Of a DNA stretch of 64,000 nt, positions 10,535 through 20,317 are shown piece by piece. The notes below the pieces were generated by a model, which worked only from the letters and a program-made list of their open reading frames with translations, did no database searches and was not told the DNA's origin. This DNA comes from an uncultured Chlamydiales bacterium (lineage in GTDB: Bacteria > Chlamydiota > Chlamydiia > Chlamydiales > Rhabdochlamydiaceae). The stretch covers positions 480,001 through 544,000 of the forward strand of contig OY969554.1 of assembly GCA_963700985.1 (NCBI GenBank), in the 5' to 3' direction. How positions within the stretch are numbered: the first letter of the stretch is position 1; each line of letters opens with the position of its first letter. A program made the translations under genes and the position numbers.

Positions 10535-10967
10535 AATAAGCTAACATAGCCCTCTCCATGATTTATGACAACTAAAGAGCCATTTTTATAAAAAATTTTT
10601 GTCGCGGGAAGGGGATGAGTTGGAAGGTTAGCGGGGAAACGACTCAAAGGACAATAACGTTAATCCAAACAAGCGGAAGGCTCGTGTGTATCTCATCTAG
10701 CGCTGGGGTATTTAGTAGGTAAGATGAGTAGACTTACATAATTATTGTATAGGGCTTACATGAACGATACTGCTAAAGATCTCCTCGTTTTAAAACACTT
10801 GAAGTCTTAAGGCCAGAGCTATTAATTAATTTAAATCCACAATTCGTTTGAGTAGGTTCTGCTGATTATTAAATTATTTACAATGCAATTAAAATAGATT
10901 GTTCTATATCTTTTATAAAGATTTCGAGTTAATATTAATTGCCTAAAATCAAAATTAGGTGGTAATT

Positions 10968-12578
10968 ATGAATCGTGTTGCTCCTTCAGCTGCTCTTTTT
11001 CCAGGAGAGCGACTTTCTTTGACTCCTCTTGAAAATCTTTTAAACACAAGACTTAGCGAGCCTTTGCTTGTATCAGAGGGATCAAAAAAGCAAAGAATAA
11101 ATAAAATAGACGAAGCAGCACGAAGACAGTTCGTAGAAAAGCAGCTCGGAGTTTTGCCGCGTGTTATCGATCAGGCTCCAAAAGATATTGCTCTCCTAAC
11201 TCTGAGTTTTTGTTCACTACAAACGCTAGGTGTGCTCAAGATCTTAAGCCCAGCCTCCACAGCAAAATTCACAGAGCTTACACAAGAGGTAGTAAGAAGA
11301 AAATGCGCACATCAGAAAATATTCACGCTTGAGACAACGGCAGCAAAGAAGGAGTTTGATGATGCGGCAACATTTTTGCGTTGCAGCGACTCGGATTTAT
11401 TTGCGCAAATGAAAAAAATCCAAGAAATGCACATGGCTGATTCTTTAAACGATTTAACAAGTATGTTCTCTTCTGCAATGCAATTCCCAGACTGCACGAG
11501 CTTAGATCTCAGTTCCTCTCTGGGTTCAAATTCTACTGAAAACAATGATTCGATACTTGTTAATTTATTGAAAAGCTGCCCTGCGTTAACAACGCTTAAG
11601 ATTAAGCAATGTAGCATAAGTAATTTTGATGCAATTGCCCGTTCTTGTTATAATCTCACTGCGCTTGACTGTTCGAATGTTTCTACAATTACGGGAGCTG
11701 GTCTGGTGGCATTTTTAAAAAATTGTCGTAACCTAACTTCCATTATCCATCGTTGCTCCCGCTCTAATAACTACTTAGAAGCGCTTATCCCACATGCCAA
11801 AGGCTTAAGAGAAATTAGTTTTGGGGAGGGTGTTACACGCTTAGAGAAGCTCGCCGTTTCTTTTCCCCAACTCACCTCTCTCGGATTGCACGGTAATCCT
11901 AACCTCAATGATGCAACTTTAATGGCTATTGTTCAGGCGCATCCAAAACTTGAAGAGCTCAATTTAGCTTACACAAAGGTCACAGGAAACGCGCTGGTAG
12001 AAGCCGCGCCTTTTTTGAGTAATTTGAGAAAGATTAATCTCACTGGGATGAATCTTACTGATGCAAATGTGCTGGATTTTGTTACACATACAAAGCGTCT
12101 TGAGGTGCTTGATTTATGCTATAATGAAAAACTTACTGATGGGTGCTTAGATGCCATTGCAACTTGCACTGAACTGTCAGTGCTTAAGCTAGATCATTGT
12201 TATCGTATGAGTTTTGGAGCTTTAAGTCCTGCTTTGGCAATGCTTGAGAAACTAAGAGAATTCAGCATAGGGAAAATTCCTTTGAAAGACAGGAGAGAGC
12301 TCGTACGCTTTAATTTATCCAAATTGCACTATTTAGGCTTGCACTGCACGAATTCAATTCTGCAAGCGCTCCCAGAAAAGTGTCCTAATTTACTTAAGTT
12401 TGAAATTTTAGGCGGAAGGTTTTCTTCTGGAGTACTACAGACAGCTTATTCTGCGATGCGTAAACTCCAGCAGTTCGTTTGTGAAGATTCTAATATTGAT
12501 TGGACAGAAGAAGAAGACCAATGCGAGGACACGCTATGGAATATTATCTGGTCACGGCCAGATGTTAAGTTCGTTTGA
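10968..12578 (+). CDS. F-box-like / cysteine-containing LRR (FBXL-like) protein, candidate effector
   Basis: Repeats such as CPALTTLKIKQC, LTALDCSNVSTIT, LEELNLAYTKVT, LEVLDLCYNEKLTD; F-box-like APKDIALLTLSFCSLQTL. Confidence 0.8.
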   Translation: MNRVAPSAALFPGERLSLTPLENLLNTRLSEPLLVSEGSKKQRINKIDEAARRQFVEKQLGVLPRVIDQAPKDIALLTLSFCSLQTLGVLKILSPASTAKFTELTQEVVRRKCAHQKIFTLETTAAKKEFDDAATFLRCSDSDLFAQMKKIQEMHMADSLNDLTSMFSSAMQFPDCTSLDLSSSLGSNSTENNDSILVNLLKSCPALTTLKIKQCSISNFDAIARSCYNLTALDCSNVSTITGAGLVAFLKNCRNLTSIIHRCSRSNNYLEALIPHAKGLREISFGEGVTRLEKLAVSFPQLTSLGLHGNPNLNDATLMAIVQAHPKLEELNLAYTKVTGNALVEAAPFLSNLRKINLTGMNLTDANVLDFVTHTKRLEVLDLCYNEKLTDGCLDAIATCTELSVLKLDHCYRMSFGALSPALAMLEKLREFSIGKIPLKDRRELVRFNLSKLHYLGLHCTNSILQALPEKCPNLLKFEILGGRFSSGVLQTAYSAMRKLQQFVCEDSNIDWTEEEDQCEDTLWNIIWSRPDVKFV

Positions 12579-12645
12579 ACGTTGGAGAGAAATTCCAGAA
12601 TCTTGTTATAGTATGTGGCATTCTAAGCAAAGGTAAGAACAAGAG

Positions 12646-15192
12646 ATGGAAAAGCCGCGTTACGACCATATTCGCATAGAGCAGAAGTGGCAGAAATTTT
12701 GGGAAGATCAAGCGACTTTCAAAGTAGACGTCGATCCTTCTAAGCCCAAATATTACATTCTCGACATGTTTCCTTACCCTTCTGGGGCGGGCCTGCATGT
12801 GGGTCACGTTACGGGTTACACTGCAACCGACATCTTAGCGCGCTATAAACGCCAGATGGGCTTTAATGTGCTTCATCCGATGGGGTGGGATAGCTTCGGC
12901 CTACCAGCCGAGCAATACGCGATTAAAACCGGCACGCATCCCGCCATTACCACTGAACGCAATATCAACACGTATCGTCGCCAGCTAAAATCTCTCGGCT
13001 TTAGCTATGATTGGAGCCGTGAAGTTGCCACAAGTGATCCACGTTACTACAAATGGACACAGTGGATTTTCACTCTGCTGTATGAAAAAGGCTTGGCTTA
13101 TGAAGCGCAAGTGCAGGTTAACTTCTGCCCAGCTTTAGGCACGGTTCTGGCCAATGAAGAGGTAGAGAACGGAGTTTCAAAAGAGGGCGGATATCCTGTT
13201 GAACGCCGGCCTTTACGTCAGTGGATTTTAAAAATTACCGCTTATGCCGACCGTCTATTGCAAGATCTCGACCTGCTCGATTGGCCTGATCACCTAAAAA
13301 AATTACAAGTTAACTGGATTGGAAAGAGTAGAGGCGCGCGCGCCTATTTTACTGAAGAGCGCACAGGCAGCACGATTCCTATTTTCACGACTTGTCACGA
13401 TACACTGTTTGGAGTGACTTTTTTAGTGCTTGCTCCCGAACATCCGCTGGTGGCCACGATTACTACGGATAAGCAGCGAGAAATCGTAGAAAAGTATCAA
13501 AAAGAGGTCGCAAATAAGACCGACTTCCAGCGCGGCGAGATGAACAAAGACAAGAGTGGTGTTTGGACAGGTGCGTACGCGATCAATCCCGTTAACGATG
13601 AAAAAGTTCCTATCTGGGTTGCCGACTATGTGCTCATGGGTTATGGCACGGGCGCTGTAATGGGCGTGCCGGCACACGATGAGCGCGATTTTGAGTTTGC
13701 AGGCAAGTATGGCCTTAAAGTTATACCGGTGATCGATCCCAATACAGAAGACGGAAGAAGCGAAGTTCTAGCTGGGAAGCAGTGCTGGACGGGCGATGGC
13801 GTTCTTATCAATAGTACGCACAAAAATCTCTCGATCAATGGTCTCAATGTTGAAAAAGCCAAAGAGACGATCTTAGAGTGGCTAATCGCCCACAAAAAAG
13901 GCGAAGAGGCGATTAATTATAAATTGCGCGACTGGCTTTTTTCTCGGCAGCGTTATTGGGGTGAGCCTATTCCTATTCTGCATTTTGAAGATGGCTCCAA
14001 ACGCTGCTTAGGCTTAGACGAACTGCCCCTTTGCCCGCCTCAATTGACGAATTATAAACCAGCAGGATCGGGCGAAAGTCCACTTGCCCAAGTTACCCAG
14101 TGGGTAGAGATTGTCGATGTTAAAACGGGCAAGAAAGCCTGGCGTGAGACGAATACCATGCCGCAATGGGCTGGCTCCTGCTGGTATTATTTGCGCTTTT
14201 GCGATCCGCGCAACACCGAAGCTGCCTGGGATCCAGAAATTGAAAAATACTGGATGCCGGTCGATCTTTATGTGGGCGGGGTCGAACACGCTGTGCTTCA
14301 TCTGCTCTACGCGCGTTTTTGGCACAAGGTATTATTCGATTGCGGTCTTGTAAGCACAACTGAACCCTTCATGACTTTGCGCAATCAGGGGTTGATCATT
14401 GCTAAATCATTTAAGCTGCCTCAAGGCGGTTACTTATCTCCCGAAGAAGTGCGTGAAGAAGAGGGCAGTGCTTATCAAATCGGCACCGGACAGAAACTCG
14501 ATGTGCTCGTTGAAAAGATGTCCAAATCTAAACTCAATGGGGTAACACCGGATGAGATGATCGAAGAGTATGGAGCAGATGCCCTAAGACTTTATGAGAT
14601 GTTCATGGGACCATTTGATAAAGAGAAACTCTGGAATAATGACGCGGTCAGTGGCTGCAAACGCTTTTTGAATCGTTTCTACGATCTGTTGCATTCAGAA
14701 AAAGTTACGGATGAAGATTCCGAAGCAGCATTAAAGCTGGGCCATCGATTAGTGCAAAACGTGCAACGAGACATCGAAGCCATGCAGTTTAATACGGCCA
14801 TTGCCAAGATGATGGAGTTTATGAATAACTTCACACAACTATCTGCATATCCTAGAAGCGTTCTTAAAATGCTCATCCAATGTCTTTCACCTTTTGCGCC
14901 GCATGTAGCAGAAGAAGCGTGGCAGCATTTGGGGGGGGCAGTCACACTCGCTTACGTTCCATTTCCGAAGGTGGATCCAAGCTATCTCGTAGATGAGTCT
15001 GTGACGTATGTGATTCAAGTAAACGGCAAGCTACGCGGCCGCTGGGAACTTCCTAAAGACAAGACGCAAGAGGAGATGCTCGCGTTTATCAAAACTCAGC
15101 CGCAGATCGCAAAGCATCTTACGGGTAAGATCGAGAAGGTTGTTTTTGTGCCAAATAAGCTGATGAATCTTGTGATTCCACATGATGCTTAG
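12646..15192 (+). CDS. leuS: Leucine--tRNA ligase
   Basis: MFPYPSGAGLHVGH (HIGH), KMSKSK, SRQRYWGEPIP. Confidence 0.98.
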   Translation: MEKPRYDHIRIEQKWQKFWEDQATFKVDVDPSKPKYYILDMFPYPSGAGLHVGHVTGYTATDILARYKRQMGFNVLHPMGWDSFGLPAEQYAIKTGTHPAITTERNINTYRRQLKSLGFSYDWSREVATSDPRYYKWTQWIFTLLYEKGLAYEAQVQVNFCPALGTVLANEEVENGVSKEGGYPVERRPLRQWILKITAYADRLLQDLDLLDWPDHLKKLQVNWIGKSRGARAYFTEERTGSTIPIFTTCHDTLFGVTFLVLAPEHPLVATITTDKQREIVEKYQKEVANKTDFQRGEMNKDKSGVWTGAYAINPVNDEKVPIWVADYVLMGYGTGAVMGVPAHDERDFEFAGKYGLKVIPVIDPNTEDGRSEVLAGKQCWTGDGVLINSTHKNLSINGLNVEKAKETILEWLIAHKKGEEAINYKLRDWLFSRQRYWGEPIPILHFEDGSKRCLGLDELPLCPPQLTNYKPAGSGESPLAQVTQWVEIVDVKTGKKAWRETNTMPQWAGSCWYYLRFCDPRNTEAAWDPEIEKYWMPVDLYVGGVEHAVLHLLYARFWHKVLFDCGLVSTTEPFMTLRNQGLIIAKSFKLPQGGYLSPEEVREEEGSAYQIGTGQKLDVLVEKMSKSKLNGVTPDEMIEEYGADALRLYEMFMGPFDKEKLWNNDAVSGCKRFLNRFYDLLHSEKVTDEDSEAALKLGHRLVQNVQRDIEAMQFNTAIAKMMEFMNNFTQLSAYPRSVLKMLIQCLSPFAPHVAEEAWQHLGGAVTLAYVPFPKVDPSYLVDESVTYVIQVNGKLRGRWELPKDKTQEEMLAFIKTQPQIAKHLTGKIEKVVFVPNKLMNLVIPHDA

Positions 15193-16468
15193 TTTTATTT
15201 ACGACCTTCTACTTTTACTTCTCGGACTAATCGCACTGCCTAAACTTCTCTGGCAGTGGATCAAGCTGGGTAAATACCGCAATAGTTTAGGCGAACGCCT
15301 GGGTTGGAAGCTGCCGCCCGCGCTTGAGCTAAAAGGCACATCTATTATCTGGATCCACGTCGTGTCGGTCGGGGAAACGAAAGCCGTAGCGCCGCTCTAC
15401 AAAAAAATACGCGCACAAATTCCCCATGCACAAATTGTTATTTCTTCTGTAACGGAAACAGGGCATGCCGAAGCCAAGCGCTCTCTACCAGACGCAGATG
15501 GCTATTTTTTCCTTCCACTCGACTTTTCTTGGCTCATTAGAAAAGCTGTACACCGCATTAAACCTAACTTGCTCATCTTAGTGGAAGGGGAGTTCTGGTA
15601 TCATCTACTCAAATCCGTAAAAGATGAGGGCGGCAAGGTTGTGCTGGTCAACGGCAAGCTATCGGAGCGCTCGGCCAAACGTTTTGCTTGGGCCAGCTTC
15701 TTTGCCAAAAGACTCTTTGGGTTAATTGACTGCTTCTGTCTGCAAAGCGCGCGTTATCGCGACCGCTTTCTTAATGTAGGCGTGCCTGCAGCTAAACTGC
15801 ATGTGACGGGCAACATAAAGCTCGATGCCTCGCCTGTGCTTTTAAGCGCAGCCGAGAAGACAAACCTAGAGAATGAGCTAGGCATCGTGCCTGGCGATCG
15901 AGTTGTCGTCCTCGGTTCTACGCATGACTCCGAAGAAGAGTGGCTGCTTTCAGCCCTAGAACCTCTATGGAAAGAAGGGTGTAAACTAAAAATTTTAATC
16001 GTCCCGCGTCGTCCCGAGCGTTTTGCCAAGGTTTATGCCCTCATTAAAGCCCGGGGCCTCTCTGTGATCTCCTATACCGAAAAAGAGCAGAAAAAAGGGG
16101 ATGAGCGCGTGGTTTTAATCGATACCATGGGCCAGCTCATGCGCTGCTTTCAGCTAGCTGAAGTAGCCATACTTGGGGGGAGTTTTAACCCTAATATTGG
16201 GGGGCATAATATTTTCGAGCCGGTGCAAGTCGGTGTGCCTGTGCTCTTTGGACCCCATATGCAGACCCAATTGGACCTTGTAGATCTCGTGCTAAACAGC
16301 AATTCAGGTATCCAAGTCACTCTTACTGAGCTACCTAAGATCCTCTTAGAGCTCCTTTCTAGCTCTCCCCGTTGGGATGAGCTACATCAAAATTGCCTCA
16401 AAGCTGCCGAAGAGGCTCGTGGCTCCACCGAACGAACCTGGACCTCTGTAAAGTCTTTTATTTTCTAA
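15182..16468 (+). CDS. waaA: Kdo transferase
   Basis: IWIHVVSVGE, FFLPLD, GGHNIFEP; follows leuS as gseA does in chlamydiae. Confidence 0.95.
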   Translation: MMLSFIYDLLLLLLGLIALPKLLWQWIKLGKYRNSLGERLGWKLPPALELKGTSIIWIHVVSVGETKAVAPLYKKIRAQIPHAQIVISSVTETGHAEAKRSLPDADGYFFLPLDFSWLIRKAVHRIKPNLLILVEGEFWYHLLKSVKDEGGKVVLVNGKLSERSAKRFAWASFFAKRLFGLIDCFCLQSARYRDRFLNVGVPAAKLHVTGNIKLDASPVLLSAAEKTNLENELGIVPGDRVVVLGSTHDSEEEWLLSALEPLWKEGCKLKILIVPRRPERFAKVYALIKARGLSVISYTEKEQKKGDERVVLIDTMGQLMRCFQLAEVAILGGSFNPNIGGHNIFEPVQVGVPVLFGPHMQTQLDLVDLVLNSNSGIQVTLTELPKILLELLSSSPRWDELHQNCLKAAEEARGSTERTWTSVKSFIF

Positions 16469-16548
16469 TAATTTAAGCTCTTTTCTGTTATTCTATTTGC
16501 ATAGTTATTTATTAAATCACTAAAAAACTAAAAAAACGGAATTAAATT

Positions 16549-18390
16549 ATGTCTATGTCTTTACACGTAAATATCGACACCTCTAGATCTGCGAGCCCGG
16601 CTCCTGGTCATACTCCTCAATCAACAGTATCGGGTGTAAATATTCACCTTACTCCAGACCCTACTCCCAAAGAATCAATTCGAGAGAGAGGAACCACGGT
16701 TTCAAGGCTAAATGCACTTGGTGCTCAGCAAGCAGCAAAATTAGAACATAGTAGGGCCCGAGCATTTTTCCCCGATGTTGAAGGTGTTGAAAGCTCTCCT
16801 CTTTCGCCTCAGGCGAGTAGAAATTCTCTAGCTGGTAGAGTTTATATGAATCTACTTAACTTTAATGAGGGAGATCTGCCTTTTGCGTTAGCTACTTGCA
16901 ATAGGCTTAAAGAATTAAAACAAAAAGAAAAAGCAGCTTTAGAGACATTGCGACATCCTACCTCAAGATGCGTACGAAATGGAGTCTACGTGTTAGCTCT
17001 TGTACTAGCTGTAGCCGCAGTCACACTCTTTCTCTCTAATACACAAGCTTGGATTGATGGTGCCATGGATCCAAGTGCTGCTACGGGAGCTATCTACGCA
17101 GCCAAAGGCGTTTCATCTAGTGGAAGTGTGCTTAGCTTAGGATATAACTTTATTACCAAGAAAAAGATCGAGGCTGCACAAGCATCCGAGCTTGATGCGC
17201 ACGGCCAAACTACCGTCATATACGATGTAATAAAAGCGCGCGTAACTGACAAAGCCAGGGCTTTGTGTGCGCATTTCGTGGAAATAACACCTTTTGTCGA
17301 TAGCTCTATTGAAATTGATAATAACATGGCGATTAAAAAACTATACACCCGATCCGAATTGATAAACATGAATCACGCTAGAGAAGAGATGTCTAGGCTA
17401 GTTGAAGAATGGCAAGTTAAGGGACGAGCAGCTTTTATTGAAAAAGCGATGCAAGAGCTCTTTGTTGAAGATCCACATGATCCCCAAAAAGTAGCCCACC
17501 TGATCAAAGATTTTGACCTAGCTGTAGCTGCTATTGCTGCCTATTTAATAAAAACTCCGGAAGATAACCCCGACGATGAAAATGCAAAGACTGCTTCGGA
17601 GCGTGTTCGAGAGCGCATCGAGGCGAGCGTTAAAAATCCTTGGAACGGTGTAATTAATGACGCGAGGAGAGCACAAGAAACTCAAATCCTGCACTGCCTA
17701 GATTCAATGGCAAAGAAACAAAGACAACAACAAGATCGTCTTTTGAGCAGGGCTTTTGTAGCTGGGGTGGCCGATCGGCCTGCTATTATAGCCGATCCTC
17801 ATGCACTTAGTGCATTTGTAGAAGGCTCAGGTCACGACAGAAAAGAATCTGGCTCGTTATCTAGATTACAGTTGCAGCAGCATTTGAGAAAACTTTCATC
17901 AGCCTCTGGCACTAGAAGTAGAAGAGATTCTCTCCTTTTAGCGGTTCCTGAAGATGCTGATTTGCCTGAGTCTGAATCTGCAGCCATGAGTATGATTAGA
18001 AGTAAATCTTTCGGAGTCGGAACACTTTCTCGACCCGATTCTCTGGTTGAAGAAGATGGCGAGATTGTCTTAGGCGACTTCTTTTCTTCACGGAATATAG
18101 ATTTAAGTGGCACAGTAGCTCTCAATATGGACAGCCGCCCACACTCTAGACGTGCATCGACCGCTTCCTTTGATCCATTGGCCGCAAAAGTCGAGAGCAG
18201 AAGCATTTCCAGAAATCCCTCGACTGAGCTGACTCCGCGCCGCCTTCCGGAGCGGCCAGTATCAGTCGCTGCCGCTGTTCAACCAGCTAAGCGAGCGCCT
18301 TCAGCTGACATGAGAAAACTAGTTGATGAATTGATGGCGACTAAACCAGCAAAACCAGCAGATGTTGTATTGGATGTAGCTGTCGATTAA
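16549..18390 (+). CDS. Hypothetical membrane protein with Ser/Pro-rich disordered termini; Inc-like or secreted effector candidate
   Basis: Hydrophobic VYVLALVLAVAAVTLFL followed by a second Gly/Ala-rich segment; low-complexity tails. Confidence 0.65.
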   Translation: MSMSLHVNIDTSRSASPAPGHTPQSTVSGVNIHLTPDPTPKESIRERGTTVSRLNALGAQQAAKLEHSRARAFFPDVEGVESSPLSPQASRNSLAGRVYMNLLNFNEGDLPFALATCNRLKELKQKEKAALETLRHPTSRCVRNGVYVLALVLAVAAVTLFLSNTQAWIDGAMDPSAATGAIYAAKGVSSSGSVLSLGYNFITKKKIEAAQASELDAHGQTTVIYDVIKARVTDKARALCAHFVEITPFVDSSIEIDNNMAIKKLYTRSELINMNHAREEMSRLVEEWQVKGRAAFIEKAMQELFVEDPHDPQKVAHLIKDFDLAVAAIAAYLIKTPEDNPDDENAKTASERVRERIEASVKNPWNGVINDARRAQETQILHCLDSMAKKQRQQQDRLLSRAFVAGVADRPAIIADPHALSAFVEGSGHDRKESGSLSRLQLQQHLRKLSSASGTRSRRDSLLLAVPEDADLPESESAAMSMIRSKSFGVGTLSRPDSLVEEDGEIVLGDFFSSRNIDLSGTVALNMDSRPHSRRASTASFDPLAAKVESRSISRNPSTELTPRRLPERPVSVAAAVQPAKRAPSADMRKLVDELMATKPAKPADVVLDVAVD

Positions 18391-18469
18391 TCTTTAAAAA
18401 AAACGATACGGGTTCATTGGCCTTGAGCTTAATCAAGGCCTTTGATACTGTTTCTCTTTCTTTGGATAT

Positions 18470-18542
18470 CGCGGGGTGGAGCAGTGGTTAGCTCGTTGGG
18501 CTCATAACCCAAAGGCCGGAGGTTCGAATCCTTCCCCCGCTA
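18470..18542 (+). tRNA. Initiator tRNA-fMet(CAT)
   Basis: C1 mismatch in the acceptor stem; anticodon arm TTGGG-CTCATAA-CCCAA with three G-C pairs. Confidence 0.95.
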
Positions 18543-18565
18543 TTTTTTCTATACGTCACCTGTCG

Positions 18566-18639
18566 GGCGGTATAGCTCAGTTGGTTAGAGCAGCGGAATC
18601 ATAATCCGTTTGTCGTTGGTTCGAATCCGACTACCGCTA
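18566..18639 (+). tRNA. tRNA with CAT anticodon, probably elongator Met
   Basis: GGCGGTATAGCTCAG...GCGGA-ATCATAA-TCCGT...GGTTCGAATCCGACTACCGCTA. Confidence 0.92.
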
Positions 18640-19010
18640 CTTTCAAATCTTTTACACAATTAGTCTAGGTAGAGAAGCACAATAGTTTGTGCTTCGTTCG
18701 CGATTCGAAGTGAGCGGCCTGCGTGCCGCGAACCGGCGGGGGACCCGGAACCGACTACCGCTACTTTCAAATCTTTTACACAATTAGTCTAGGTAGAGAA
18801 GCACAATAGTTTGTGCTTCGTTCGCGATTCGAAGTGAGCGGCCTGCATGCCGCGAACCGGCGGGGGACCCGGAACCGACTACCGCTACTTTCAAATCTTT
18901 TACACAATTAGTCTAGGTAGAGAAGCACAATAGTTTGTGCTTCGTTCGCGATTCGAAGTGAGCGGCCTGCGTGCCGCGAACCGGCGGGGGACCCGGAACC
19001 GACTACCGCT
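18627..19010 (+). repeat. tRNA-linked tandem repeat, 3 x 124 bp plus 12 bp
   Basis: Units start with CCGACTACCGCT at 18627, 18751, 18875, 18999; one G/A difference seen in copy 2. Confidence 0.95.
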
Positions 19011-19147
19011 CGCGCGCGCTCCAAAAAGAAATTGCCCTCAGCTTAGTTTGTAGACACTCTCTAAATATAATGTAAATTATTATTCGAATAATTGAATTTT
19101 TAAACGTATAATGTTACGTTTTATTAAAAATTAATCGGGGTTAGATC

Positions 19148-20317
19148 ATGGTCACAGCAACAAGCACTACGCGCATACTTTACTTTCCACCTCAAGGAAA
19201 GCCGGATCCTAAAGAGCCACGTCCTGAAAGTGGCCCTGACACACGCCCGCGTGTTCTTCAACGTGGTTCGGATCATTGGTGCACATACCGGGCCTTTAAT
19301 GATTTGCGAGAGCGCTTCAAGGCGCCAAACACAGAACATCTACAGGCTCGAAAATTTGAAAAACTTGCCTCATCGTGCAGAAAAGAATACGCGGCTCTTT
19401 ATCGCAAATTTCCAATAGCTGTTGGCTACGAACTTCCGGGCCCTGACAGAACGTTTTTGATCTCGATAAATAAACTTCAGTTTCGCTCGAATCCGAATAT
19501 ACCACCTCTACTTACAAGTAAGTTCCATGTTCCTTCTGCTGCTTTATCAGAATTCCTCGATCAGGATAAATTCAGTAATTTATATGAATTTTTACAATTT
19601 CAAATGAAAAAAATGGAGTGTGAAGTTCATGAGGGGTTTTTGAAGTCAATTGATCTGGATCCTAAAGTTCTATTTGGACAACTTAAAAAAGAAGATCCTG
19701 AGCTTTGTGAAGTTGGATACAGCCGAAAAGGCTACGGTGAGCTCATCCCTAAAGAGAAGGCTCAATTATTAGATGCATTTACAAGACGGGCCTTAGCTGA
19801 GAGATTTGGGATTCGGGTTTCAAGCTGGAAACTTAGTGACTCATTTTCAGTTTTTATGACTAAGTTTGAAAAAGAAGGTCCCTTTGCAGTTGGTGGACAT
19901 TTTGCTAGCGTCTATTACACGGTTCCAGCAACGGATCTAAACATAAAAGTTGCAGGGCGGAAAGTCTTTGCATGGAAGAAGGGGGATCCTACCAATCCTA
20001 ATGCCGGTCTGCATATGATCCTTCTAGTAGGTCCAGAAAAAAGTGGTAAGGGCGATTTCGTCTATTACATCAATACATGCGATGATAGCGATCCTGCTAA
20101 TCAAGACAAACAACGCCTCTATGTAATGACTTATAAATGCTTGATCGAGAATGTTTTTGATTGCATTGGTTGGCAACGTCCACATGGGGCTCTGACTCCG
20201 TCCTCTATTGGCTTTGCATGGTGCTCAGACAAGAGTTTTGCTTCTACTGTCCCTAAAGAACATAAAGAACGGGAGGCTGAACGCAAAACACCAGCCGTCT
20301 CTTTAGAGAAAGTCTAA
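19148..20317 (+). CDS. Hypothetical protein with papain-like cysteine peptidase motifs
   Basis: QRGSDHWC...GLHMILLVG...VYYINT gives Q/C/H/N in the expected order. Confidence 0.55.
   Translation: MVTATSTTRILYFPPQGKPDPKEPRPESGPDTRPRVLQRGSDHWCTYRAFNDLRERFKAPNTEHLQARKFEKLASSCRKEYAALYRKFPIAVGYELPGPDRTFLISINKLQFRSNPNIPPLLTSKFHVPSAALSEFLDQDKFSNLYEFLQFQMKKMECEVHEGFLKSIDLDPKVLFGQLKKEDPELCEVGYSRKGYGELIPKEKAQLLDAFTRRALAERFGIRVSSWKLSDSFSVFMTKFEKEGPFAVGGHFASVYYTVPATDLNIKVAGRKVFAWKKGDPTNPNAGLHMILLVGPEKSGKGDFVYYINTCDDSDPANQDKQRLYVMTYKCLIENVFDCIGWQRPHGALTPSSIGFAWCSDKSFASTVPKEHKEREAERKTPAVSLEKV

Noticed and set aside
18627-19010. CRISPR array
   Set aside because: Whole 124-bp units are near-identical with no unique spacers, and no cas genes are present
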